A DNA stretch of 64,000 bases from Actinomycetota bacterium (GCA_037446725.1 JBBIIC010000006.1:424-64423); one strand, 5' to 3'. Positions 9,701 to 18,643 are shown, numbered from the stretch's first letter. Notes: generated from the sequence alone by a model not told the origin. Translations and numbers: made by a program.

Positions 9701-10029
9701 CTGACCAGGAGGAGTTGGTCTGCGTACTCGACGCCGGTGTCGAACTGAGCTGCGAGCACCGCACGGTCGACCTCACCGGTCACCGGGTCCACGCCGACGG
9801 CGATCGACCGGGTCACGAGCTTGCCGGCGGGATCGAGACGGAGCGCGATATCGCCGACCAACGCCTGAAGGTAGGCCTGGTGGCGCTCGCTCACCTGGCT
9901 TCGAGCCAGGTCGTACACGCCGAACAGCGCGGAAAGGCTCACGATGCTGACCGCGAGCATCGCGAGCACGAACGTCAGCAGTACGACGTTTGCCGCCAGA
10001 CTGGACGTCCGGCCCCGTCGCTTCATCAT
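6799..10029 (-). CDS. Membrane sensor PP2C (SpoIIE/RsbU-type) phosphatase with HAMP and multiple GAF domains
   Basis: 1076 aa. Two TM segments flank an extracytoplasmic region of about 250 aa, followed by a HAMP-like DEVGRLAAAFNAIALRLN segment and about three GAF-like repeats. The C-terminal PP2C motifs are GGDYYDV, GDVCGKG and LYTDGVTEA. Confidence 0.85.
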   Translation of the reverse strand: MMKRRGRTSSLAANVVLLTFVLAMLAVSIVSLSALFGVYDLARSQVSERHQAYLQALVGDIALRLDPAGKLVTRSIAVGVDPVTGEVDRAVLAAQFDTGVEYADQLLLVRRDGSVVSGYPTFRTPRSVADNPLVSEATTDSPTYYYERVEGGVDARLWVAQAVEGELGLVMMVRVRSGFLRPAVDRFADPEIGRWVLLVERGGPVVITSVGASQLVEDSIVYEPSGEVAGNGTVSAVAQDEAVVWGQYADIRGYPGLPWRSIIVEPRSAIIMATVGSLTPAVVALVAAGVITLLVVAVFARRLVAPLTHLEERAREAVTGAYVRPLQSDRTDEVGRLAAAFNAIALRLNALHDLSQLLASSSRLDQVLDGIMSAMGHIVGSATVAVFLVDEQSGMLSLARARDLVAEGSKGVPLEDDSWLINALRADDPVVRVAPGLEIAPHVPGEWGPTVTVLTAPLAVGTEPLGVVVVIEDGSRTFSEAELEMVRTFSAQAAVAVHNSRLFEIESRSRAEAEVLRAVAEQLSQPQQLDVALERVEEATAVLLGAAAATVAVFDRAAFGLPSTPRAAQEDAIIAAWCESGHADESTTVVETTSGDAARRMLDGVSARCALLAVVTIDEEPCAALAFLRAGDRRFTAREHRLAAALASQLSLALESALNFERARTRAVNLETIFRISQAVSSSLQTKVVLNRVLDVVQKIFAADAVSLMTHDTESGTISTEMARGMVSSEMLHFAVEPDVDLPGEVFASGQPLRVAEIDADRGGVGALATEQGLHSMLAVPLLARGRSIGVLTVFSTERDAFSDEDLGLLHTFAFQAALAIDTAKMYGKEHLVASVLQASILPKTLPDFPEIESSSVYLPAGVEADIGGDYYDVLRTPDGSILMVMGDVCGKGVVAATKTSRIKYTVRGLAAAGLGPAQIVSEVNRMVAETGETSDIVTLWVGCLDVTAGTLSYANGGHPPALMRRHEDGSIVRFPPTGPLLGATALAHYDLETVAVDVGDLILLYTDGVTEARRGNTFFGEGRVQRVLRQGKNAGDVTQRLLSTLDRFVPGAIRDDAAVLAVEIVRSAAPPADDR

Positions 10030-10068
10030 GCGGTCCTCACAGCTCGCGGAAGGTCACGGCCAGCACCC

Positions 10069-10097
10069 ATCGTAAAGCACGGCCAGCCCCCGACCAA
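10069..10097 (-). promoter_or_regulatory. Candidate sigma-70-type promoter for the PP2C gene (TTGGTC-N17-TACGAT)
   Basis: The minus strand reads TTGGTC (10097-10092), a 17-nt spacer, then TACGAT (10074-10069), about 40 nt upstream of the ATG at 10029. It is flanked by a direct repeat GCTGGCCGTG. Confidence 0.35.
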
Positions 10098-10100
10098 ACG

Positions 10101-10826
10101 CTACAGCGCCACCTCCGGCAGCAGGCGTGCGAGGCGTCCGGTGAGCACGGCGAGTTGACCGGTGAGTATGAGAGCGCCGACCGCGATGAGCAGAATGCCC
10201 GCCACCCGGTTGATCACGAGCGCGTGTCGGTTCATGCGCGACAGCAGCGGTCCCATCGTCCCGAACAGAAGCGCGGTGAGAACGAAGGGAAGTCCGAGGC
10301 CGAACGAGTAGACGAGCAACAGAGCGGCCCCCTGGCCGACGCTCTGCGTGGTGCCTGCGAGCGCGAGAATCGCACCGAGCACCGGTCCGACACACGGAGT
10401 CCAGCCGAACGCGAAGGCCGCCCCCATCACAAACGCCGCGCCGCGGCCGAACGAGCGCGTCTTCCCGAGGTCCATGCGAGCCTCGCCGTAGAGCCACGGT
10501 ACCTTGATGATGCCGAGCAGAAGGACACCGAACCCGATGACCAGCACTCCAGCAACGATCTCGAGCGCCCCGCGGTACTCCATCAGGAACGAACCGAGCA
10601 CCGACGCGGACGCGCCGAGAGCAGTGAAGACACTCGCGAAACCGGCAACGAACAGGAGAGCGGGAACGAGTACCACCTTGGTCGGGCGTCCCGCACCGAG
10701 ATCGCTCACCGCCATGCCGGTCATGAACGAGAGGTATCCGGGGATCAGGGGCAGCACGCAGGGCGAAAGAAACGAGACAACGCCCGCCGCGAACGCAGCC
10801 GCGAAGCCGATCGACCCGACATCCAC
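10101..10826 (-). CDS. ccdA: Cytochrome c biogenesis / thiol-disulfide electron transporter CcdA (DsbD family)
   Basis: The FLSPCVLPLIPGYLSF motif and 6 TM helices. GTG start at 10826 with a GGGAGG RBS. Confidence 0.85.
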   Translation of the reverse strand: MDVGSIGFAAAFAAGVVSFLSPCVLPLIPGYLSFMTGMAVSDLGAGRPTKVVLVPALLFVAGFASVFTALGASASVLGSFLMEYRGALEIVAGVLVIGFGVLLLGIIKVPWLYGEARMDLGKTRSFGRGAAFVMGAAFAFGWTPCVGPVLGAILALAGTTQSVGQGAALLLVYSFGLGLPFVLTALLFGTMGPLLSRMNRHALVINRVAGILLIAVGALILTGQLAVLTGRLARLLPEVAL

Positions 10827-10864
10827 CTTAAGCGCCTCCCGGTCCGTCGGAAACCATGCACTTC

Positions 10865-10893
10865 ACTATACCCCTATGGGTATATGAGCGCAA
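10865..10893 (-). promoter_or_regulatory. ccdA promoter with embedded CsoR-type operator (TTGCGC-N17-TATAGT; palindrome TATACCC-CTAT-GGGTATA at 10867-10884)
   Basis: The minus strand reads GCTTGCGCTCATATACCCATAGGGGTATAGTGAAG. The same architecture recurs at 17842-17870 and 19226-19254. Confidence 0.6.
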
Positions 10894-10908
10894 GCTGAAG
10901 AGCCAGAC

Positions 10909-11130
10909 CTACTTAACCGTGGCGTCGTAGCCTGCAGAGCGGACCGCCACGACAAGGTCGTGCTCGGACAGGAGCGCCGGGTCGTACGTCACCGAGGTTG
11001 CGCCGGACACGTAGTCGGTCTTGACCTCCTCGACCCCCTCGAGGTCCCCGAGCGTCATGTCGATGAGCATCGCGCACGAACCGCAGTGCATACCGGTCGT
11101 CTTCAGCGTCACCGTCCTGGCCTCAGCCAC
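10909..11130 (-). CDS. copZ: Heavy-metal-associated (HMA) metallochaperone, CopZ-like
   Basis: VAEARTVTLKTTGMHCGSCAMLIDMTLGDLEGVEEV... carries the MxCxxC motif. GTG start at 11130 with a GAGAGGAG RBS. The 129-aa track ORF is over-extended. Confidence 0.85.
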   Translation of the reverse strand: MAEARTVTLKTTGMHCGSCAMLIDMTLGDLEGVEEVKTDYVSGATSVTYDPALLSEHDLVVAVRSAGYDATVK

Positions 11131-11529
11131 TGAGACGCTCCTCTCGCATCGGCAACGGGACCCCGCATTCGAGCATCTGCCCGCAGTACGGGCACAGCCG
11201 CCACTCCTCAAGCGTCGGCTTACCACACGTGCCGCACGGCGATGTTGCGGAACTCGGGACCTCCAGGTCCCGCTGCGGTTCGAGAAGGAGCAGCGCAACG
11301 AGTGCCACGAGCGTGCCCACTATCAAGGCCAGTCCCCACACCAGCGTCACAGGACCCGTGTGGGACAGAGTAAGCATCAGAGCGACGACCGCGAGTGCTA
11401 CGAGCGCGCTGAAGGCCGCGTTGGCGAGAACGCTTCTGTTCGTGTCACGGTTGCGGGCCACGGCACGCTCCACGGTGGGCGGTGAGGTGCCTATGGAGCG
11501 TGCAACCGCTGTGCCAAGGGCGCCGGGCT

Positions 11530-11533
<4 letters not shown>
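11123..11533 (-). CDS. Membrane protein with C-terminal zinc-ribbon (CxxC...CxxC), function unknown
   Basis: Two predicted TM helices, then CGTCGKPTLEEWRLCPYCGQ. GTG start at 11533 overlaps the upstream stop (GTGA), and the gene overlaps the copZ start by 8 nt. Confidence 0.55.
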
Positions 11534-12875
<1,342 letters not shown>

Positions 12876-12879
<4 letters not shown>

Positions 12880-14417
12880 CGAGCGCCCTCCATCGGTCCG
12901 TCGTCGATCGCTGTCGGTATCCATACCCGGAACGTCGTCCCGTCCGGGCTGCTTTCCACCTCGATATGCCCGTCGTGCTCGTCGATGATGCGGTGCACGA
13001 TCGTCAGACCGAGCCCCGTCCCCGCGTCACGCGTCGAATAGAACGGATCGAATACCTTGCCGATGTCCTCGCGCGATATGCCCGGCCCGTCGTCGCGCAC
13101 GGTCACCACCACGAAATCGCCCTGCTCGACGGCGCCCAGGTCGATGTTGCCGCCGGTGTCCTCCATGGCCTGGACCGCGTTTGTGATGAGATTGAGGAAT
13201 ACCTGCTTGAGCTGGTCCGGGTCCGCAAGGACGCGAGGGAGGTCGGAAGCGTACTCCTCGGCTATCGTCACCTTCGACTGCGCGGCGAACCGGCTCGTGA
13301 ACAGCACGACATCGCTCAACACCTCGGCCAGGTCGGTGTGCATCATCGTCGGCTTGCTCGGCCTGCCGAAGTCGAGCAGCGCCTTGATCACCTTGTCGAG
13401 CCGGTCGATCTCCTGCTTGATGACCTCCCCCGCCTGCTGCACACGCGCAGCGTCGCACTCGGCGTCCTCGAGCAACTGGACGCTCGCGCGGATTACACCG
13501 AGCGGGTTGCGCACCTCATGCGCGACGCCTGCGGTGAGCTCACCCATCGCTGCGAGACGGTCCGCCCGAATGAGTTGCTCGGTGAGTGCCTTGACCTCCG
13601 AGATGTCCTCGATCGTCACCACCGCGCCCAGGATGCGACCGCCGACCGCCCGCATGCGTGAAGTCGAGGCCTGGACGTGAATCTCGTGCCCCTCGGCGGT
13701 CGCCATGCGCACTTCGCGCAGCGTGAGCGGGATGCGACCCGACAACACCCTGCGCACGTCTTCGCCCAGCCCGCCGTCGTCGCGGAACAGCGCCCCGATG
13801 CTGCGGGGAACCATCTCGTACTCGGACATGCCCAGGAGACGCTCTGCAGCGGGATTGGCCGTGGTGATCGATGCGTCAGGACCGACGGTGATGACACCTG
13901 AGGTGATAGAGCGCAGGATCGACTGGGTGTAGTCCTGGATGTTGATCAGCTGTATCGCGCGCTCTTCGAGTCGCTTGTATGCCTCCTCGAGCCGCGCGCT
14001 GACCTGGCGCAGGTCGGAGGTCTTGCGCTCCTCCATGTCGCGCAGGGCACCGAAAAGGACACCGATCGCGAAGTACATGAGGACTTCGAGGCTGCTGTCG
14101 ACGGTGCGGCCGGTGAATCCACCGAGAGTGATCTGCGCGTTGATGGCGAACGGTACGGACGCGGCGAGCGCGGTCAGGAAGCCACCCCGTTTGCCGAAGA
14201 CGAACGCCGCGTAGAGGATCGGCACGTAGTACAGGCGCCGGTACAGGACGTGGAGCATGACCGCTCCGCCGACGCTCGTCGTGTAGAAGTGCAGGATCGT
14301 CACGACCGCCAACATCGCGACGATGATAGTGACGGCCCGAATCCGCCCCATTCGCTGTCTATGCTCGGCCTCTTCGCCCGGGCGCGGTTCGTCGGTCACC
14401 GCCGCCTCCTCGCCCAT
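12876..14417 (-). CDS. Sensor histidine kinase (multi-TM N-terminus, PAS, HisKA, HATPase_c)
   Basis: H-box AHEVRNPL, N-box LNLITNAVQA, G-boxes DDGPGI and GTGLGL. An alternative start at 14351 (MGRIRAV) is possible. Confidence 0.85.
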
Positions 14418-15790
14418 GACGGCTCGATGCCGAGCTCTTCGCGGTACTTCGCGACGGTCCGCCGGGCTACGGTGACCCCCTCGGCCGATAGCAGCTCGGC
14501 GAGTTTCTGGTCCGAGAGGGGCTTGGCAGCGTCTTCCTCGGCAACAAGTTCTCTCAGGCGCTGCTTGATGCTCGTAGAGGCGATGTCGATGCCGGTCGAG
14601 GTGCGATAGCCGCCGGCGAAGAAGTGCTTGAGCTCGAACAGGCCGTACGGGGTGGCCATGTACTTCCCCGTCACGCCACGACTCACGGTGGACAGGTGCA
14701 CGCCGAGCTCGATCGCAACGTCTTCGAGACGCAGCGGCCTCAGAGGGCCCTTGCCGTCCTCGAAGAACTCCGCCTGCACCTCGAGGATGATCTGCGTGAT
14801 CCGGCTCACGGTGTCCTTGCGGCGATCGACGTTCTTGATGAAGCTCTCGGCCGAGCGGATCTTATCCTTGAGGTAGCGGCGGGTCTCGTCGTCCGCACGT
14901 GACCCCGCACGCAGCATCGATCTGTAGCGGGGGCTGACTCGCAGCGTGGGTATCGAGTCGCTGTTGGGGATGATGAGCCATTCATCGTCGAAGCGGCGGA
15001 TGGTGACGTCGGGAACGATGTAGCCGGGAGACGGTCCCGGGGAATAGGCGCCGGCCGGACGAGGGTTAAGCGAGCGCAGCAGCGCGACCGCGTCACGCAC
15101 CTGTTGTTCGGGTGCCTTCAGCGCGCGGGAGATCTTGCGGAAGTGGTTGGCCGCGACGTCGTCCAGATGATCGACGATGATCTTCTCGAGGAGCGAGTCC
15201 TCCAGGCCCAGGTAGTCCATCTGGATCATGAGGGCCTCGGCAAGGGAACGCGCGCCCACTCCGGGCGGATCGAGCTGCTGGACGACGCGAAGGCCCTCTT
15301 CGGCCTCGTCGAGACCGACCCCGACGAGGGCTGCGACCTCCCCGCAGTCCCCGCGGAAGAACCCGTCCGCATCCAGCGAGCCAATGACGGCGCGGGCAGC
15401 CGCCTCGACCGGATCGGTCAGGTCCATCATCGCAAGCTGCTGTTCGAGGTAGTCCGAGAAGCTCACCGCACCGCCGACGAACTCCTCGGTGTTCGCCGCC
15501 TGATCGTTGGGGTCGCGCGGGGCGCTGAACTCGGTCGAGTCTAGCTCGTCGTACATGTCGAGCCACTCATCCCACGCGCGCTCCTCTTCGGAGCTCTCCG
15601 CACGTGTGTCGTCGGCTTCCGCGGGCTCCGGCTCGATCTCGTCGACCTCGAGCAGCGGGTTCTCGAGCATCTCGGCCTCGATGAGCTGCTGCAGATCTGC
15701 GATGGGCATCGCGAGGATGCTGAGCCCCTGGTAGACCTGGGGCGAGAGCGTCACCCTCTGTTTGAGTTCGACCCTGTGACCGAGCTCCAT
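14396..15790 (-). CDS. rpoN: RNA polymerase sigma-54 factor RpoN
   Basis: N-terminus MELGHRVELKQRVTLSPQVYQGLSILAMPIADLQQLIEAEMLENPLLE, a C-terminal HTH and the RpoN box ARRTVAKYREELGI. Confidence 0.9.
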   Translation of the reverse strand: MELGHRVELKQRVTLSPQVYQGLSILAMPIADLQQLIEAEMLENPLLEVDEIEPEPAEADDTRAESSEEERAWDEWLDMYDELDSTEFSAPRDPNDQAANTEEFVGGAVSFSDYLEQQLAMMDLTDPVEAAARAVIGSLDADGFFRGDCGEVAALVGVGLDEAEEGLRVVQQLDPPGVGARSLAEALMIQMDYLGLEDSLLEKIIVDHLDDVAANHFRKISRALKAPEQQVRDAVALLRSLNPRPAGAYSPGPSPGYIVPDVTIRRFDDEWLIIPNSDSIPTLRVSPRYRSMLRAGSRADDETRRYLKDKIRSAESFIKNVDRRKDTVSRITQIILEVQAEFFEDGKGPLRPLRLEDVAIELGVHLSTVSRGVTGKYMATPYGLFELKHFFAGGYRTSTGIDIASTSIKQRLRELVAEEDAAKPLSDQKLAELLSAEGVTVARRTVAKYREELGIEPSWARRRR

Positions 15791-15849
15791 CGCATGTGCC
15801 CTTTCCCAGGTGCGCCTGCCCCGCGACCTGCGAGAACTCGGGCGCGCCT

Positions 15850-15865
15850 AGCAAAGAATATACCA
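15850..15865 (-). promoter_or_regulatory. Candidate -24/-12 (sigma-54) promoter upstream of rpoN: TGGTAT-ATTCT-TTGCT. It can also be read as an extended -10 (TGGTATATT).
   Basis: The minus strand reads CCGGTGGTATATTCTTTGCTAGG. GG and GC are separated by exactly 10 nt, as in TGGCAC-N5-TTGCW. It lies 60-75 nt upstream of the rpoN ATG and is an AT-rich island in GC-rich DNA. Confidence 0.45.
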
Positions 15866-15902
15866 CCGGAAGGGCCTTTCCCCGCGTGGAGGTTGTGTGA
15901 GG

Positions 15903-16898
15903 TCAGGTCGCCGGGGGCACCTTGAAAGGTTGCGCGGGTTCGGCGATGCCGGGGGCCTGTATCACGATGATCGCGACCAGGACGAGCACGGCACCGAGCA
16001 GCTGGACCGTCCCGAAGACCTCACCGAACACGACGAACGCGGCGATGCCGGCGATGACGGGCTCGAGGGTCGCGACGATGGTCGCCCGCGTCGGGTCTAC
16101 GTAGTGCAATGCTTTGAGAAACGCTGCGAAAGGGATGATGGTGCTCATCACCGCGATGAACAAGACCGCCGCCGTCGATGCCGGGGTCGCGAATGCCGAT
16201 GACACACCCGTAGGTCCTCCGAGGTAGAGGAACCAGAAGACGGATGCGAAACCAAGCCCGAACACCAGCAGTGTCCAAGGCGAGAAGCGCGGCGCCGCGT
16301 ACCGGCCCATGAGCGAGTACGCGGCGAAGAAGACCGCGGAAGCCAGACCCCACGCGATTCCTTCGAAGCTGACGGCCAACCCGTCACCGCCGATGGCACC
16401 GACGACGAGCGCGCAGCCGACAACCGACAGCAGAACGCCGCTCGGGAGCGTCCACGTGAGTCGTTCGCCGAGGAACAGCACGGAGAACAGCAGCACGATC
16501 ACCGGCGCGAGGTACTCGAGCAGGATGGCGGTGGCCACGTTCGTGTACGAGATGGCCTTGAAGTACGTGAGATGGACGCCCGCCAGACCAACGACACCGA
16601 AGACGGCCAAGAACGGGAAGTGACGGCGTTCGACGCTCAACGCGCCGCGCCGCGACACCAGCAAGTAGACGAGCAGGATCGAAAAAGCGCTGAATGCACG
16701 CGCGCCCGAGAGCACGACCGGGTCGACCGTGATGCCGAGGGCGGACACCCGCCACGCGGCCGTCTGCGAACCTTCGGGTGTGAACAGCCACTTGGCGGTC
16801 AGGCCCCCCGTGGCCCAACACGTCGCCGCGAGTCCGGCGAGCGCATAGCCGCGCCAGGCATGTTCTCGATCGTCGCCACCCTCACGCGAGCCCTTCAT
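15903..16898 (-). CDS. EamA/DMT-family transporter
   Basis: 331 aa with about 10 TM helices and a duplicated EamA-like architecture. Confidence 0.75.
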   Translation of the reverse strand: MKGSREGGDDREHAWRGYALAGLAATCWATGGLTAKWLFTPEGSQTAAWRVSALGITVDPVVLSGARAFSAFSILLVYLLVSRRGALSVERRHFPFLAVFGVVGLAGVHLTYFKAISYTNVATAILLEYLAPVIVLLFSVLFLGERLTWTLPSGVLLSVVGCALVVGAIGGDGLAVSFEGIAWGLASAVFFAAYSLMGRYAAPRFSPWTLLVFGLGFASVFWFLYLGGPTGVSSAFATPASTAAVLFIAVMSTIIPFAAFLKALHYVDPTRATIVATLEPVIAGIAAFVVFGEVFGTVQLLGAVLVLVAIIVIQAPGIAEPAQPFKVPPAT

Positions 16899-17826
16899 CG
16901 ATCTCCTTCGCCGTCTTGCTCGCCTGGTAAACGTCGTAGGGCTCGAGGTGGGCTACGACATCGACGACCTCGTCGAACGAATCGCATATCGCGCGTTCAA
17001 CGACTTCGGCGACCGCATGGCCACTCGTCACGCTCCATTCCGGGTCAACCTGGACGTGGAGGTCGACGTAGACCTCGGCCGCCGTACCCCGCGTCCGGAT
17101 GCTATGACAGCCGAGCACTCCCGGGATGGCATGGCAGACGCCCGCAATGAGGGCCGGTTCGATGCGCGCGGTATCTGACAGGCTCACTGTCGCCTGCCGA
17201 AACACGTTGAACGCCGTAGACGCGATGACGCCGGAGACTGCGAGCGCGATGAGAGGATCGGCCGCGGGATAGCCTGCACGCACTGCGATCAGCCCGAGGA
17301 CAACGCCCACGCTCACGAGCGCATCGCTCGCGGTGTGGCTCGCGTCGGCGACGAGGATCTCGCTTCCGAGGCGCATCCCTACCGACCGCTCGTAAAGGGT
17401 GACGCCGACGTTGACGGAGAGAGTCCCGAGCATCACCGCAAACGCCATGGCGTCGACGCGCGGTGGCGGACTGCCCTCCAGGAGCCGGTGAACGGCGGTG
17501 TTGCCGACGTTGTAGGCGGCAAATGCGAGCATCGCACCGATCGCCGCTGATGCGTAAGTCTCGTACTTCGCGTGGCCGTAGGGGTGGTCGCGGTCTGCCG
17601 GACGGGCCGCGAGACCCAGGCCGACGAGACCTACAACGTTCGAAGCGCCGTCGAACAGCGAGTGAAAGCCGTCGGCCACCATCGCCACCGATCCGGCGAA
17701 GTAGCCCCATCCCATCTTCGCGAACGCCACGGCCACGTTGAGTGCGAGGATGATCACGAGGACGCGCCGGATACGCCTGATGCGCTCACGCGTTGCTGAG
17801 CCGCCACTGTCGACCCGGTAACCCAC
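16882..17826 (-). CDS. Cation diffusion facilitator (CDF) family metal efflux transporter
   Basis: VADGFHSLFDGAS (TM2 HxxxD), DASHTASDAL (TM5 HxxxD) and a C-terminal cytoplasmic domain. GTG start at 17826 with a GAGAGG RBS. The 458-aa track ORF is over-extended across csoR. Confidence 0.8.
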   Translation of the reverse strand: MGYRVDSGGSATRERIRRIRRVLVIILALNVAVAFAKMGWGYFAGSVAMVADGFHSLFDGASNVVGLVGLGLAARPADRDHPYGHAKYETYASAAIGAMLAFAAYNVGNTAVHRLLEGSPPPRVDAMAFAVMLGTLSVNVGVTLYERSVGMRLGSEILVADASHTASDALVSVGVVLGLIAVRAGYPAADPLIALAVSGVIASTAFNVFRQATVSLSDTARIEPALIAGVCHAIPGVLGCHSIRTRGTAAEVYVDLHVQVDPEWSVTSGHAVAEVVERAICDSFDEVVDVVAHLEPYDVYQASKTAKEIDEGLA

Positions 17827-17841
17827 GTCGTCGCCTCTCAG

Positions 17842-17870
17842 TTGCGGCCTATACCCCCCAGGGGTATATT
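17842..17870 (+). promoter_or_regulatory. Divergent csoR/CDF control region: TTGCGG-N17-TATATT with the palindrome TATACCCC-CCA-GGGGTATA (17850-17868) in the spacer
   Basis: Read directly from the sequence. The palindrome has 8-bp perfect arms. It lies 24 nt upstream of the CDF GTG and 59 nt upstream of the csoR GTG. Confidence 0.65.
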
Positions 17871-17926
17871 GAACGCACACGAACCATGTCTGGAGATGAT
17901 ACCCTACCGGAATGAGGTGACGGCTC

Positions 17927-18223
17927 GTGGCCGATACGCTTGGACCCCTCGCCGCCGACGCCGAGCGCACGCGCATACTCAACCGTCTGCGCCGGCTCGA
18001 AGGCCAGATCAGAGGTCTGCAGTCGATGATCGAGTCCGGCAAGGACTGCGAGGACGTTCTGACCCAGATCATGGCGGCGAAGTCCGCACTCAACCAGGTG
18101 GGGCTACACATCGTCGGCCACTCGATGAAGCGGTGCCTCATCGACGACGAGGAGAAGTCGCGCGACGAGCTGATCGACGAGGCTATCGCGGTGTTCCTGA
18201 AGTACTCCTCCTGCGTCAGCTGA
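17927..18223 (+). CDS. csoR: CsoR/RcnR/FrmR-family (DUF156) metal- or thiol-stress-sensing repressor
   Basis: RILNRLRRLEGQIRGLQSMIESGKDCEDVLTQIMAAKSALNQVGLHIVGHSMKRC has the family signature, with a conserved Cys and a His/Cys pair. Confidence 0.85.
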   Translation: MADTLGPLAADAERTRILNRLRRLEGQIRGLQSMIESGKDCEDVLTQIMAAKSALNQVGLHIVGHSMKRCLIDDEEKSRDELIDEAIAVFLKYSSCVS

Positions 18224-18229
18224 CCGGGC

Positions 18230-18598
18230 TTAAGCGGTCGCCGAGTCGACGATACCAATCACCGTCTCCTCGATCCCTTGTGCCAGCTTATCGAGGCGAT
18301 GCTCGGGGTAGATGGCGCCGAAGATCGTGGGTCGGAGCGCCGCCACGATGACCGCACCGTCCTCCTCGTAGATGTTGACGCGGCATGGGAGAACCAGTGA
18401 GAGCGGGCTGCCGACCTCCTCGACCGGGCTGATCTCCATGATCACGAGCGGCCGGATGGCGAACCCTTTCGCCACGACGGTCCCGCCGATATCGTACTTG
18501 TTCTCAATCACGAAGCCGTGGTCGCGCACGGCGCGCTCCACGGCTTCGATGGTCTCCTCGAATCCCCCGGTCCGTGCACGTTTGTATGCGTGATCCAC
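18230..18598 (-). CDS. DUF302-domain protein
   Basis: 122 aa with a FEETIEAVERAVRDHGFVI... pattern typical of DUF302. Confidence 0.65.
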   Translation of the reverse strand: MDHAYKRARTGGFEETIEAVERAVRDHGFVIENKYDIGGTVVAKGFAIRPLVIMEISPVEEVGSPLSLVLPCRVNIYEEDGAVIVAALRPTIFGAIYPEHRLDKLAQGIEETVIGIVDSATA

Positions 18599-18643
18599 CG
18601 GGGTCCTTCCGTCTATCTCGCCCGACCGGGCGACCCTCTACGT

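Noticed and set aside
10888-10905. Sigma-54-like TGGCTC-TTCAGC-TTGCGC between copZ and ccdA
   Set aside because: GG and GC are 11 nt apart instead of the strict 10. The TTGCGC is better explained as the -35 box of the TTGCGC-N17-TATAGT promoter that houses the CsoR-type operator.
17827-18258. Upstream extension of the CDF transporter ORF (458-aa version)
   Set aside because: The extension is antisense to csoR and crosses the divergent operator. It has protein-unlike Ser/Arg-rich sequence. A GTG at 17826 with an RBS gives a normal-length CDF protein.
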